A stretch of DNA of 45,723 nt from Flavisolibacter sp. GTDB lineage: Bacteria; Bacteroidota; Bacteroidia; Chitinophagales; Chitinophagaceae. Shown piece after piece: positions 9,744 through 20,006 of the stretch (position 1 is its first letter; the number at the start of each line of letters is the position of its first letter). The translations under genes were made by a program, and so were the position numbers. Below the pieces are notes generated by a model. The model was not told where the DNA came from. It made no database searches and worked only from the letters and a program-made list of their open reading frames with translations. The stretch spans positions 1-45,723 of the forward strand of contig JBQCHB010000079.1 of assembly GCA_051955075.1 (NCBI GenBank), read 5' to 3'.

Positions 9744-10664
9744 TTAACCCTTTAGCCACTTCACCCACCAGGGTAACCTATTTAATTTTATCGCTGCATA
9801 ATTTTCCTGCACAGCCCCAAAACTGCTGTAAAAAAAAGCAAGGCTTTGAATGTCGCTGCCTTCAAAATCTAAAATTAAATCCTGTGTTGCATGATCTTTG
9901 ATAAAAGCATCTATCAGCGCATGAGAAGCGCCTAAGGTTCTGCCGTTAGGATGATTGCCGGCTAAAATATAATAGGCCCTTCGGTGAGAAAAAAAGAAAA
10001 CGCCGGACGCCAGCAATTGGTGCTGGCTAGAATATACACCATAAGTAATAGCCTTTGCCAACGGAAACAGTAAATAGTATAAAGAGATGAGTTTTCTATA
10101 ATCATCTTCACCCGTTTCTTGTTGCTGCACCTGTTGTTTTGCCAGTTGCGCCACATCTTCAACAGGAATATTTTTTTTTGTATAGCAATGATAGCTTACA
10201 GTTTTTTTAATATGGTGTTGAATGTTTTTCTTTCGGTAACCTTCAAATATTTTTTGGTAGGGTGCTCCTAAGTCTAAAACGAAATTGCTTCTTTGGTACA
10301 ATGGAAAATTTGCAATAACAAAACGATTCTCATGATTAAGTGTAAAATCCCAATACCTGAATTTTTTTGGAACGGCATTTAGAAATGCAGTTAATAGATC
10401 AGCCGTAAGGTTATTGCCGAACAAGCCCAACTGAGCTACAAAAGCCGGCTGATACAAATAATAAATGCCATATTTTTTTCTCCAGGGCAAAGGCATTACG
10501 GCCTCGTAATCGTTCAGCACCAATGCATCCCAATTGTCAGTCATTGCATCCAAATAAAAACTGTAAGCATAAATCAGCCCGTTGGAAGCTTTGTCAACAC
10601 AGGCATTCCACAATGCTGTATCAATTTGTTTACGGGTAAGATATTGTATGTTGTTCTGCGGCAT
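9744..10664 (-). CDS. GNAT/FemAB-like fold protein
   Basis: YEAVMPLP.RKKYGI.Y.YQP.F..QLG and LDFEGS.I.S.A.FY.SFGA motifs. Confidence 0.7.
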   Translation of the reverse strand: MPQNNIQYLTRKQIDTALWNACVDKASNGLIYAYSFYLDAMTDNWDALVLNDYEAVMPLPWRKKYGIYYLYQPAFVAQLGLFGNNLTADLLTAFLNAVPKKFRYWDFTLNHENRFVIANFPLYQRSNFVLDLGAPYQKIFEGYRKKNIQHHIKKTVSYHCYTKKNIPVEDVAQLAKQQVQQQETGEDDYRKLISLYYLLFPLAKAITYGVYSSQHQLLASGVFFFSHRRAYYILAGNHPNGRTLGASHALIDAFIKDHATQDLILDFEGSDIQSLAFFYSSFGAVQENYAAIKLNRLPWWVKWLKG

Positions 10665-13537
10665 CAGAACTCTGTTTCGCGGTTAAGCTGTTTTAAATTT
10701 TTATTGTAAAGGTTAATGCTGAAAGAAATGGTTTTTAAAAACCTGTTTTTAAATATGGTTGATTTAAAATAGTCGCTATAAACTTTGTTGTAAAAAACAG
10801 GAATGTAAATGTTCAGCATTTCGCCGAATAGCGGAAGGTGAAAACCGGCATCAAATAAAAACCGGTCAATATCCGAACCTTTCTTCCAGGGTTCTGCGTA
10901 GGTCCCGATATCTAAAAAGACATGTAAAGGAATCTTTATTGGCAATACAGAAAGGGGGTTGATATTCTGCGGAATGGTGGAATTAAAGTTCAATGCCGTC
11001 AGCCAGTCATCGGTCTTGCCGATTTTATCAGCCAACAAATCGGTTCTTACTTTAAAGGCTCCGTCGCGGATCATGATCTGCTGATTCTCCACACCTTCAA
11101 ATTTGTTGCGGCCAATAAAATAATCGCTGTACGTGTAATCTTCATAACCCTTAGGGCCAGTCATGTTCAAAAAATAACGATCGTTATCAAATTGCTTTGT
11201 TAGCGTTTTGCCATTCAGGTAAAAAAATTTGCCAGCAAAAAAACGCACCTGCAAACCACCCTCTTTGGCGTAATTAAAAAAGTAATTAGCCGTTAAGGCA
11301 GGTCGCACAAAATCTTTTGCCTGCTCAATTTGCAGCGTTACATCAAAAGGATACAGGGCCCTATAATTTTCATAAACCAGTTGTAATTGGTTGAGGTACC
11401 TATTTTTTTGCGGAGTTGAGTAATTCGTTAGCAGCGTTGTGTCTGTTCCGTTGAAAATAGAATCAGTTTTGACTTGTAAGGATTCTTCATTGATCAAAAA
11501 AGTTTTCCACTGCACATATTTATTTACAGTGCTTCTGGGATCTTTTTCCTTGAAAGTTAGTTTAAAGCCCGGCACTAATTTTTCAAACTGCATTTTTAAA
11601 TTATGGCTTTCCGTATCGCTGAATTCATCCATCGAAAACCGGGAAGCATTGATAAAAAAATCTGCCTTGCGAATCGCTTTTTCTGATGCTATGGTGTAAT
11701 TCAATTTTCCCAGGCCGGTAAATTGTTTGGAACCTGTTGCATACAACGGAATGGCCAGGAACTGAAATTTGGTTGACGGCAGATTGTAGTTGGTGACCAG
11801 CCCGCCGATCATGAATTTATCGTAAGCATTGATGCCCACTGCAGGCGAAAGCAACAGTGCATTTTTTGTTGGATTTTTTAGATAACCATTAATCGAACCT
11901 TTTTTTAGAGGAGAAATAACCTCAAATCCACTTAACTTATGATCGGGTAAAATGCCTTTCGTGTTTTGTAAATTAAAAACAGCATCAGTTTCGTTACCCA
12001 GTTTTGTTGCGGCAATGGCTTTAAAATCTTCAGGCTGCGGATGCCGGAATTTCCACTGTTCAAAATACTGCTGCATCATTTGCCGGAAGGCATCTTTGCC
12101 TAATTTGTTTTCCAGGTATTGCATCCACTCCGCAGTTTTGTGATAGGCTACCAATCCATAATTGCTAACGCTGAAATTTTGCGAAGACGTTTCAACGGGC
12201 TGGTCCGTTTTTCTTAAAGCTTTCGTTTGGAAAAACAGTTCTTCTTCCTGCGTTTGCTTACCGTATTTCTGCTCTGTGTATTTTTTTTCGTAAAAAGAAT
12301 TGATGCCTTCATCCATCCATGGATGCTGTCTTTCGTTGGTTGCTAAAATGCCATAAAACCAGTTGTGACCAATTTCATGCGCCATTGTTATGTCCAATTC
12401 TTTCTCCGATGCAGCAGGAGAGATGATGGTAATGGTTGGATACTCCATGCCACCACCAAAACTTTGCGGTCCCTGAACCACGCTTACAATGCTGTAGGGA
12501 TATTCTCCTACTTCATGGGAGTAAAACCGCACTGCATCTTTAGCATATTGAAGACTATTTTTCCATGTAGCTATTTCTGCCGGCGTGTAGTAAGTAAATA
12601 CTTGGATCACTTTCCCACTTGGCAATTGGCAGGTGTCACTGCTTACAATAAATTTTTTATCAGCAAACCATGCAAAATCATGAACATTGTTTTGTTGGTA
12701 ATCGAGAGTTTTGGTTTCTTCAGCCATCGCAGCCGGAACCAAAGGTTTATTTTTTGTTTTAGCAATGGAAGACGGTTTTTTTGCTTTATTGCTTTTTGCT
12801 TTGATAGCAGTTTTTTTCGTAGCCGGTTTTGTTTCAACAAAAGTTTTGGTCTTCAGCCAATTTACTTCTTCTTCATTTTGCAAAACGCCTGTTGCTGCTA
12901 CTACATAATTTTTTGGAACTGTAATGCGAACATCAAAATTGCCAAACTCACTGTAAAATTCTCCCTGGTCTAAATAAGGCATAGGATGCCAGCCATTTTT
13001 ATCGTACATCGCAGGCTTTGGATACCACTGCGTTATTTGAAAAGATTGGCCATCATAGCCGCCACGGGAGAAGTTAAAAGGCAGCTTTACATGAAAGGGT
13101 GTTGTAATGGTTATTTTTTCTTTTGGCGCCAAAGGCTTTGGTAACAACAGTTTGATCACATCGATGTACTGCGGATGATCTTCTGTTTTGGCTGTTGCAC
13201 CATCTACTTTAAAATCCAGCCGGTTGATGTAGCCTCTTTGGTCTTTATTGGAAAAATAAAATTTGGTATTGCCATTCTCCAGCAACTGGTCGCTGAAAGC
13301 GGTTCTGTCGTTCTTATAGGCATTGGGCCAAAGATGAAACCAAATATAATGAAGCGTATCGGGTGCGTTGTTGGTGTAAATAATCTTTTCAAAGCCATCG
13401 AGGGTTTTTTCTTTGTCGTTCAGCGATACATCAATTGTATAGTTGAGTTGTTGTTGCCACTGAGCGTTGCCGGCATTTTGAGAGGAAGCTGCAAGCCAAA
13501 AGCCGCAAGTCAAAAGCAGTGAAAATAGTTTTTGCAA
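10664..13537 (-). CDS. M1-family zinc metallopeptidase with long C-terminal beta-rich domain
   Basis: GGMEYP, HEIGHNW and WMDEG (HEXXH-X18-E); signal peptide; TTG start. Confidence 0.92.
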   Translation of the reverse strand: MQKLFSLLLTCGFWLAASSQNAGNAQWQQQLNYTIDVSLNDKEKTLDGFEKIIYTNNAPDTLHYIWFHLWPNAYKNDRTAFSDQLLENGNTKFYFSNKDQRGYINRLDFKVDGATAKTEDHPQYIDVIKLLLPKPLAPKEKITITTPFHVKLPFNFSRGGYDGQSFQITQWYPKPAMYDKNGWHPMPYLDQGEFYSEFGNFDVRITVPKNYVVAATGVLQNEEEVNWLKTKTFVETKPATKKTAIKAKSNKAKKPSSIAKTKNKPLVPAAMAEETKTLDYQQNNVHDFAWFADKKFIVSSDTCQLPSGKVIQVFTYYTPAEIATWKNSLQYAKDAVRFYSHEVGEYPYSIVSVVQGPQSFGGGMEYPTITIISPAASEKELDITMAHEIGHNWFYGILATNERQHPWMDEGINSFYEKKYTEQKYGKQTQEEELFFQTKALRKTDQPVETSSQNFSVSNYGLVAYHKTAEWMQYLENKLGKDAFRQMMQQYFEQWKFRHPQPEDFKAIAATKLGNETDAVFNLQNTKGILPDHKLSGFEVISPLKKGSINGYLKNPTKNALLLSPAVGINAYDKFMIGGLVTNYNLPSTKFQFLAIPLYATGSKQFTGLGKLNYTIASEKAIRKADFFINASRFSMDEFSDTESHNLKMQFEKLVPGFKLTFKEKDPRSTVNKYVQWKTFLINEESLQVKTDSIFNGTDTTLLTNYSTPQKNRYLNQLQLVYENYRALYPFDVTLQIEQAKDFVRPALTANYFFNYAKEGGLQVRFFAGKFFYLNGKTLTKQFDNDRYFLNMTGPKGYEDYTYSDYFIGRNKFEGVENQQIMIRDGAFKVRTDLLADKIGKTDDWLTALNFNSTIPQNINPLSVLPIKIPLHVFLDIGTYAEPWKKGSDIDRFLFDAGFHLPLFGEMLNIYIPVFYNKVYSDYFKSTIFKNRFLKTISFSINLYNKNLKQLNRETEF

Positions 13538-13777
13538 GGAATGTTTTTTTCAAAAATAGAATTTGAATTGGCAAATGAGAAATTAATGGTTAAGGAAGTG
13601 TGGGTTTTATGCAAATCCAGCTTGAGGTAGCTGCCAGTTGATAGGGGCGGTTCCAAAATTTAGATTCTTATGGTAATAGGGTCACTAATTTCATAAATCA
13701 AAGAAAGGGTACGATTGCACTAGCGAACAAGGTTGGTGAATTCACCAACCGTTTGTCACCATTTGTCATTTTATTTT

Positions 13778-14212
13778 TTATTTATCCGTTATAGCCGGAT
13801 CAAAGTTCACCATCCATTCAATGCCGTATTTGTCTCTAAACATGGCAAAATAGGAACCCCATGGGCTATCAGCAATAGGCATTTCGACAGTGCCACCTGC
13901 TGAAAGCCCGTTAAATAATTTATCTGCTTCTTCACGACTTTCAGCAGTAACGAATATTTTAGACCTGTTTTCATTTTCATTTACCCTGCCCATAAATTCC
14001 GGAACGTCGTTAGCCATTAAACTAGTATTGCCAATTGGTAAGGCAATGTGCATTATTTTATTTGCTTCACTTTCGGCTAGTGGATGTTCAGTGTTCCCTA
14101 AATCTTTGAAGCGTATAATTTTTGTGAACGCTCCACCAAATACCGATTTGTAAAAATTGAATGCTTCTTCGGCATTTCCGTTAAAGTTGATGTGTGGATT
14201 GATTTGTGCCAT
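13778..14212 (-). CDS. VOC/PhnB family protein
   Basis: INPHINFNGNAEEAFNFYKSVFGG, IMHIAL and WGSYFAMFRDKYGIEWMVN. Confidence 0.92.
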   Translation of the reverse strand: MAQINPHINFNGNAEEAFNFYKSVFGGAFTKIIRFKDLGNTEHPLAESEANKIMHIALPIGNTSLMANDVPEFMGRVNENENRSKIFVTAESREEADKLFNGLSAGGTVEMPIADSPWGSYFAMFRDKYGIEWMVNFDPAITDK

Positions 14213-14246
14213 GATTTTTATTTTTAGATTGTTTGTAAAATGTTTT

Positions 14247-14456
14247 TTATTCTAATTCTTCGCAATAGAATTCATGGATATTTAGCAAGCCTGTTATTTT
14301 AAAAACTATATTTTCTTCGCTGTCAATGCGCAATATTTTGTCGCAGTCGTCAAGGTCAAAATTCCATTTTGCTTTTGGCAATATTTTGTCAATATGCGGT
14401 TTCAGGTTCTTTGCCTGCGTTTTTGTTTTGACCGATGTTTTAAAAACGTAAATCAT
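14247..14456 (-). CDS. Small conserved Bacteroidota protein (HMA-like fold)
   Basis: VFKTSV...[14 protein letters not shown]...F.CEELE; ATGA overlap with the SRPBCC gene. Confidence 0.7.
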   Translation of the reverse strand: MIYVFKTSVKTKTQAKNLKPHIDKILPKAKWNFDLDDCDKILRIDSEENIVFKITGLLNIHEFYCEELE

Positions 14457-14950
14457 TTTTTCGATAAAGTTGCCAGGAGATTTTCCAGGTTGCTCAACGA
14501 CATTTTCATTCCCTTTGTGAAGCCATCCAATATCCTCTCCATTCTTTCAAGCGATTCATTGTAAATGGAGATGTTCACTTTTGTTGTGCCGTTTTGTTCA
14601 CTGAACGTATGATCCCATTCAGATCCCGGCAATTCAGGGTTTTCATCTTTGTCAGCAAAAGCATTATACATTTTAAAATTGGTCTTGGGTGTAATGGAGG
14701 TATATTCCTGAATTGCCCAACGTTCTTGTCCGTCAGGGGTTATCATTGCATAAAAACGTTTGCCACCAACCTTAAAGTCCTGGTATTTTGTTTTAGCTGT
14801 CATAGGTTGAGGGGCAATCCATTGGTCAATCAATTCTGCTTTGGTAAACGCATCCCATACCAATGAAAGTTCAGCGTCAAATTCTCTGACGATGTTTACC
14901 GTTTTTGCTGCTTTGTCAACGGTAAAATCAAATGCTAAAGTGTTGCTCAT
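14453..14950 (-). CDS. SRPBCC/AHSA1 domain protein
   Basis: REFDA.L.LVWDAFT..ELIDQW.AP motif; ATG 14950 overlaps the ArsR stop (ATGA). Confidence 0.9.
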   Translation of the reverse strand: MSNTLAFDFTVDKAAKTVNIVREFDAELSLVWDAFTKAELIDQWIAPQPMTAKTKYQDFKVGGKRFYAMITPDGQERWAIQEYTSITPKTNFKMYNAFADKDENPELPGSEWDHTFSEQNGTTKVNISIYNESLERMERILDGFTKGMKMSLSNLENLLATLSKK

Positions 14951-15267
14951 TTTTTCTGTTTTTTTATTGTTGATAATACATTGTCCAGTTGATGGAAACG
15001 GGTTTCCCAAATTTTCCGGTATTGGCTAAGCCATTTATCGATCTCTTTCATTTTTTCAATTTCGAGTGAGTAATAAATTTCTCTGCCTTGTTGTTCCTGT
15101 TTTACTAATGCGCATTCAGTTAAAATGCGAAGATGTTTTGAGACAGCCTGTCGTGTCGTATTGAAGTTTTCGGCAATGGCGTTGGGCGTCATTGCCTGCA
15201 ATGCAATTAAGGCTATAATAGCCCGCCTTGTGGGGTCGGCAATTGCCTGAAAAATATCTCTCCTCAT
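14947..15267 (-). CDS. ArsR/SmtB family transcriptional regulator
   Basis: [17 protein letters not shown]...[11 protein letters not shown]...GREIYY. Confidence 0.93.
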   Translation of the reverse strand: MRRDIFQAIADPTRRAIIALIALQAMTPNAIAENFNTTRQAVSKHLRILTECALVKQEQQGREIYYSLEIEKMKEIDKWLSQYRKIWETRFHQLDNVLSTIKKQKK

Positions 15268-15285
15268 TTCTCTGGTATATTTAAT

Positions 15286-15327
15286 GAAACTAATCGGTTG
15301 CGAATATATGCGCAACTATTTGGTTTC
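15286..15327. promoter_or_regulatory. Tandem palindromic operator for the ArsR regulator
   Basis: GAAAC-N6-GTTGC (15286-15301) and GCAAC-N6-GTTTC (15312-15327) just upstream of the ArsR start. Confidence 0.6.
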
Positions 15328-15435
15328 GCAAATTTTTTTACGCAATTATTTTTCCAGAAGGGCTTAAAACTTTTAAACTCTGTTTGGAGGAACTTATTTT
15401 GATCAATTTTCAAAACTGAATTATACAACTCAGCA

Positions 15436-16833
15436 TCACTTGCCTTTACCTAAAAAAATAATGCGCAGTGTGTGGATCAAAATTTTGAAATCAAGCAGTA
15501 AGGAAATATTTTCGATATATACCAAATCAAATTTGCTGCGTTCAATCATGGCTTCAACATTTTCGGCGTAACCATATTGCACCATGCCCCAGGAAGTGAG
15601 TCCGGGCTTTACTTTCAGCAAATATTTATAGTAAGGAAATTGCGCTACAATAAGATCAATATAAAAACGGCGTTCAGGCCTGGGGCCTACCAGCGACATT
15701 TCATTTAATAAAATATTCCAGAGTTGTGGCAATTCGTCGAGTCGCCATTTACGCATGGTTTTTCCCCAGTGCGTAATGCGTGGATCGCCGTCGGACGATA
15801 AGGCCGGACCTTGCTTTTCGGCATCAACATACATAGAGCGGAACTTATACATGCAAAAAGGTTTGCCTTTATAGCCAATTCTTTCCTGTCTGAAAATAAC
15901 AGGTCCTTTAGATGACAAACGAACTTTTATGGCAATGTAAAGCAAAAGCGGCGATAACAGAACCAGGCATGAAAAGGCAATGAGCACATCCACCACTCTT
16001 TTTATATGCTGTTGCCATTCGGGCATTAGGCCTGTGTGAAGATCAATCAATACAGCGCCTAAAACATTGGTCGTTGTTACCGAGCCGGCAAGTATGTCAA
16101 GCGTGTTGGCTTGTATTTTTATGGTCACGTCTTTTTCTGATAAACGGTTGATGATTTCTTCAATCAGTTGCTGTTCTTTTTTGTCGATAGCAATAATCAC
16201 CAACTCAATTTTATGATCATCAATGATGTTCTCCAACACGTTAAGGTCACCTAACTTTTGCAAAGAAGCTGGTGCAGGTTTTTCATCGTTATTAATGGAT
16301 ATATAGCCATCAACGTAATAACCTTCTACTTCCAGTTTTTTTTCTGCTTCGCTATAAATCCTGAGTGCATTTTGGTAATTACCAATAAGCGCAGCCTTGA
16401 ACTTTACTGTTTTTGTTTGCAGTTGTGCTTTTGCGAGATTCAGTACAACCAATCGTCCAACGATAGTGATGCCAAAATAAATGGTGAACAAAGCAAGTAA
16501 CGCCCTGTAGTAATAATTGTAATCATTCTTTGCATCGTCAAGTAAAAAGATGAAGAACAAAAAAATGCAACCGATAAAACTGCAAGCAAAAGTTTTGGCA
16601 GCTTCGGTTAGGCGTGATTTTTTATAGATGGAATGATAGCTGCCAATGAGTGCATAGAGTATCAGCCAACCAAAAGGAATAAAAATAATTCCAAGCCATA
16701 ATTTATAATCTGCTTCGTAAGGCTCGCCCAGTATCTTTTTCCTGATAAAAAAAAACAATCCCCAGCCAATTGCGGCGGTAACATAATCAGTTAGTGCATA
16801 CCATGCCGGGTGAATGTATTTTTTTAGCGCCAT
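15436..16833 (-). CDS. Polyprenyl-phosphate glycosylphosphotransferase (WcaJ/WbaP-like sugar transferase)
   Basis: [49 protein letters not shown]. Confidence 0.93.
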   Translation of the reverse strand: MALKKYIHPAWYALTDYVTAAIGWGLFFFIRKKILGEPYEADYKLWLGIIFIPFGWLILYALIGSYHSIYKKSRLTEAAKTFACSFIGCIFLFFIFLLDDAKNDYNYYYRALLALFTIYFGITIVGRLVVLNLAKAQLQTKTVKFKAALIGNYQNALRIYSEAEKKLEVEGYYVDGYISINNDEKPAPASLQKLGDLNVLENIIDDHKIELVIIAIDKKEQQLIEEIINRLSEKDVTIKIQANTLDILAGSVTTTNVLGAVLIDLHTGLMPEWQQHIKRVVDVLIAFSCLVLLSPLLLYIAIKVRLSSKGPVIFRQERIGYKGKPFCMYKFRSMYVDAEKQGPALSSDGDPRITHWGKTMRKWRLDELPQLWNILLNEMSLVGPRPERRFYIDLIVAQFPYYKYLLKVKPGLTSWGMVQYGYAENVEAMIERSKFDLVYIENISLLLDFKILIHTLRIIFLGKGK

Positions 16834-16836
16834 TGG

Positions 16837-17811
16837 CTAAGAGGAGATAAGATTATGATGGATTTTGTGTAAGATTTGGTGTGCTACTTCCATAGCCCTG
16901 AAGCCATCAATTTCGTTAACAATAGGCTGTGTGTTGTTTTCTATTGCCGCCACAAATTCTTCCAGTTCTCTTTTAATTGCATTTACTTCTGGCACCTGTG
17001 GACTGGCTATAGCTATGGTTTTGGTGCCATTGGGTGTTTCAATATCAAAGGCAAAAACATTTTCATCACTCTCTTCCTTTAATTTAATGACCTCTGCTTT
17101 TTTCTCCAAAAAATCAATGCCTATGTAAGCATCTTTTTGAAACAATCTTATCTTCCGCATCTTCTTCATAGAAATGCGGCTTGATGTAAGATTGGCCACG
17201 CAGCCGTTATTAAATTCAATGCGAACGTTAGCAATGTCTGGCGTATCGGTCATTACGGCTACACCATTGGCAGAAATATTTTTTACATCGCTTTTGATAA
17301 GGCTGAGAATGACATCAATATCGTGTATCATTAAATCTAAGATTACACTTACTTCAGTACCTCTTGGATTGAACTGTGCCAGCCTATGCACTTCAATGAA
17401 CATGGGATTTAACTCCAAATCCTTTACCGCCAGAAAAGCGGGGTTAAATCTTTCCACATGTCCCACCTGGAATTTTATTTTTGATTCCTGCACCAGTTTT
17501 ACCAGCACTTTTGCTTCTTCTATAGTGTGAGCCATAGGCTTTTCTACAAATACATGCCGGCCTTTTTTAATGGCTTTTTCGCAAATGGAAAAATGATATT
17601 GCGTTGGCGTAACTACATCAATGGCATCGCAGGCATCAATCAAATCGTCTTCGTTGCTGTAACGCTGCAAATTGTACTTAGCAATAACTTCTTCTGCAAT
17701 GGCGTCATTCGGATCGTAAAAGCCAACCAGTTGTACGCCGGAAATTTCTTTCCAGTTGTTTAAATGAAATTTTCCCAAATGCCCTGCACCAAATACTCCA
17801 ATCTTTAGCAT
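16837..17811 (-). CDS. Gfo/Idh/MocA family oxidoreductase
   Basis: GAGHLG Rossmann motif, EKP, VGHVERFNPA and DLMIHDID. Confidence 0.93.
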   Translation of the reverse strand: MLKIGVFGAGHLGKFHLNNWKEISGVQLVGFYDPNDAIAEEVIAKYNLQRYSNEDDLIDACDAIDVVTPTQYHFSICEKAIKKGRHVFVEKPMAHTIEEAKVLVKLVQESKIKFQVGHVERFNPAFLAVKDLELNPMFIEVHRLAQFNPRGTEVSVILDLMIHDIDVILSLIKSDVKNISANGVAVMTDTPDIANVRIEFNNGCVANLTSSRISMKKMRKIRLFQKDAYIGIDFLEKKAEVIKLKEESDENVFAFDIETPNGTKTIAIASPQVPEVNAIKRELEEFVAAIENNTQPIVNEIDGFRAMEVAHQILHKIHHNLISS

Positions 17812-17815
17812 GCAT

Positions 17816-17823
17816 CAAAGATA
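17816..17823 (-). promoter_or_regulatory. -7 promoter element immediately before the oxidoreductase ATG
   Basis: TATCTTTG-ATGC-ATG on the minus strand. Confidence 0.55.
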
Positions 17824-17884
17824 AGGGCCAATGATTTGTAAATGTTTTAGAGAGAAAGAACGGTTTAACCTGCAAATTGAAAAG

Positions 17885-18550
17885 CTATTTCTCAAAAATT
17901 ACTGCGTCGGCTTTTGCACCAAGTTTTGTAAGCATATTAGTAATATCTGCAACCATAGCATCAGGCCCACAGATGTAAAAGTGTTTTCCGAAATCTTTTA
18001 TATGCTGTCTAAGAAAATCTTCATTGATTCTTTGCGATTCGTATTCGCCGGTTTTTTCCTCTGTGGTTGTGAAAATAGCGTTGGCGCCTAACATGTTCTT
18101 TAGTTCATCTTTCAAAATGATATCTTTCGATGTTCTGTTGGAAAATAGCAATACGTTATTACCAACGGCATTTTGTTTTTGCAACTGCCGCAGAATAGCA
18201 ATAAATGGAGTAATGCCTGCCCCGCCGGCAATAAAATAGCCTTCTCCCTCGTAACTTATAGCACCCCACACATCGCGAATGATCAGTTCATCGCCAACGT
18301 TTAATTTGCTCAAGGCATTCGTTACTCCATTATGGTCATCATAGATTTTGATCGTGAATTCCAGATAAGGATACTCGTTGAGGCTGGTAAATGTAAAAGG
18401 TCGTTTTTCTTCTTTCCATTCAGGTTTGTTAATAGATACTTCAGTTGCTTGTCCCGGAATAAAATGATAGCCTGCCGGTTTTTCAAGCCTGAATTGCTTT
18501 ACATTATGCGTAACCGGTTCTATTGAAATGATCTTTGCAATTTGTTCCAT
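17885..18550 (-). CDS. FAD-binding flavodoxin/ferredoxin reductase-like oxidoreductase
   Basis: RPFTFTS, FIAGGAGITPF and YICGP motifs. Confidence 0.9.
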   Translation of the reverse strand: MEQIAKIISIEPVTHNVKQFRLEKPAGYHFIPGQATEVSINKPEWKEEKRPFTFTSLNEYPYLEFTIKIYDDHNGVTNALSKLNVGDELIIRDVWGAISYEGEGYFIAGGAGITPFIAILRQLQKQNAVGNNVLLFSNRTSKDIILKDELKNMLGANAIFTTTEEKTGEYESQRINEDFLRQHIKDFGKHFYICGPDAMVADITNMLTKLGAKADAVIFEK

Positions 18551-18790
18551 ATTTTTTAGAGCAGTTGTTGAGACTATAAGTTACAATTTAGACAAGAAAG
18601 GCTTGCCTAAAGCAAATTTTCAATTATTGACGATTAAATACCGTTCAAAAAGCTATGCAAAGCGTAAGGGTAGAAGCTAACACAATTTACCGTAATGCAG
18701 CATGTTGGTGTTGAAAGCTGGCTTGACATTGTTTGGGAAAGATGAGTCAAGACAAGGTTTACATATTTTTTTCAAAACGTTTTAGTTTGT

Positions 18791-18822
18791 TTTGGGTTGA
18801 ATAAAAATCTCCCCTATTTTTG
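18791..18822 (+). promoter_or_regulatory. Bacteroidota housekeeping-sigma promoter of tRNA-Asp
   Basis: TTTG (18791-18794)-N20-TATTTTTG (18815-18822). Confidence 0.7.
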
Positions 18823-18835
18823 CACCCCCAACTAA

Positions 18836-18909
18836 GGATCGGTAGTTCAGTTGGTTAGAATGCCGCCCTGTCACGGCGGAGGTCGCGGGTTCGAGTCCCG
18901 TCCGGTCCG
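18836..18909 (+). tRNA. tRNA-Asp(GTC)
   Basis: Acceptor stem GGATCGG/CCGGTCC, anticodon arm CCGCC-CTGTCAC-GGCGG, T-loop GGTTCGAGTCC; CCA not encoded. Confidence 0.97.
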
Positions 18910-18913
18910 CAAG

Positions 18914-18946
18914 AAAAAGGATTACAAAATTTGTAATCCTTTTTTA
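18914..18946. terminator. Bidirectional terminator between tRNA-Asp and the phage-like operon
   Basis: AAAAAGGATTACAAA-A-TTTGTAATCCTTTTT. Confidence 0.8.
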
Positions 18947-18995
18947 TTTTAACATCATGAGCCAATTAAGCCAGGTTATTTTAGAGTGGCAAGCG

Positions 18996-19604
18996 CTAGC
19001 TTATTTTCTTTAAGGGAAAAATGCTTCCATTGGCCTGGTCAAACAAATGCTTAATGGCTGTAGGTTGGGGGCTGATTCTTTCCGCCGGGCCTAATGCTTT
19101 TTGCTCTGCTTCTTTTCTTTCCTTTAATTGGATATACGTTTCATAACGTTGCTGCCTGAAGGCTTCCAGTTTTTGCATAATTCCAAAATGGGTAAGCATC
19201 CCTTTAAATTTTCCATAGATGCCTGCTTTCGTTAGCTCAAAAAAAACGATCAAATCTTCAAGGCTTAACTGATCTTCTTCTGCTGTCAGGATAAGATCGC
19301 ATGCACAAACAGCGATTTTTGTTTCTGTCAGCTTTTTGCTTTTGGGCAAAGCAATGGAATAGCAAAATTCCTGCAGGAGCAATTTGATAAGTTTATGCAT
19401 TCGCTTCAAGCCATATTCACTAATCAGTCCGGGAATTCTTTCCTGTAAAGGAATAGAAAGCAGATGTTCAAAGTCGGCCCTGTCTTTTTTTGCATATTGC
19501 TGTAAAGCAAGATTGGCAATTACTTCGTATTCAAGCGAACGCACAAACCGCTTCCTGCTTTTTTTGGCTTCATCTATTGAGATGATATTGCTTATAGAAT
19601 TCAT
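18996..19604 (-). CDS. Hypothetical protein resembling Bacteroidota phage replication-region proteins
   Basis: LSLEDLIVFFELTKAGIYGKF...IM..L..F...R motif, recalled from proteins encoded next to phage replication initiators; family not verified. Confidence 0.55.
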   Translation of the reverse strand: MNSISNIISIDEAKKSRKRFVRSLEYEVIANLALQQYAKKDRADFEHLLSIPLQERIPGLISEYGLKRMHKLIKLLLQEFCYSIALPKSKKLTETKIAVCACDLILTAEEDQLSLEDLIVFFELTKAGIYGKFKGMLTHFGIMQKLEAFRQQRYETYIQLKERKEAEQKALGPAERISPQPTAIKHLFDQANGSIFPLKKIS

Positions 19605-19690
19605 ATTGTTGTTGTTTGTGAATGGTGAGAAGATTAATGGTTAGTTGCGAATGGTTTTTCCAATCGCTATAATCACTATCCACTCGGCTT

Positions 19691-19972
19691 CTAACTTGCC
19701 TTGGCATAGCCAATACGCATCATTTTTAAACGCTGGTAAAGGCTTCCAATAACGAGTGCTGCATTGCTATCGTTCAATTCTGTTTTATGCCACTGTTCGT
19801 CGCTGTCCATCACATATAATTCGTTTTTCGGACTTATGCATACAGCCCATGCATTGAAAGGAAAACTATGCGGCGTTATTTTTACTTCTACTGCATTGTC
19901 GAAGTACAAATATTCATGACCGACAAGGTCTTTGATAATGTCAACACATTCCTGGAAAATTGTTTTTGTCAT
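19691..19972 (-). CDS. Hypothetical protein
   Basis: 93 aa ORF with an A-rich start context, co-oriented in the operon. Confidence 0.7.
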   Translation of the reverse strand: MTKTIFQECVDIIKDLVGHEYLYFDNAVEVKITPHSFPFNAWAVCISPKNELYVMDSDEQWHKTELNDSNAALVIGSLYQRLKMMRIGYAKAS

Positions 19973-20006
19973 GTCTACGATTTTTTTGGCTGATCATGCT
20001 CATGCA

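Noticed and set aside
13778-15327. ArsR-SRPBCC-small protein-VOC operon as a novel system
   Set aside because: Common, well-known arrangement in Bacteroidota; kept as features only.
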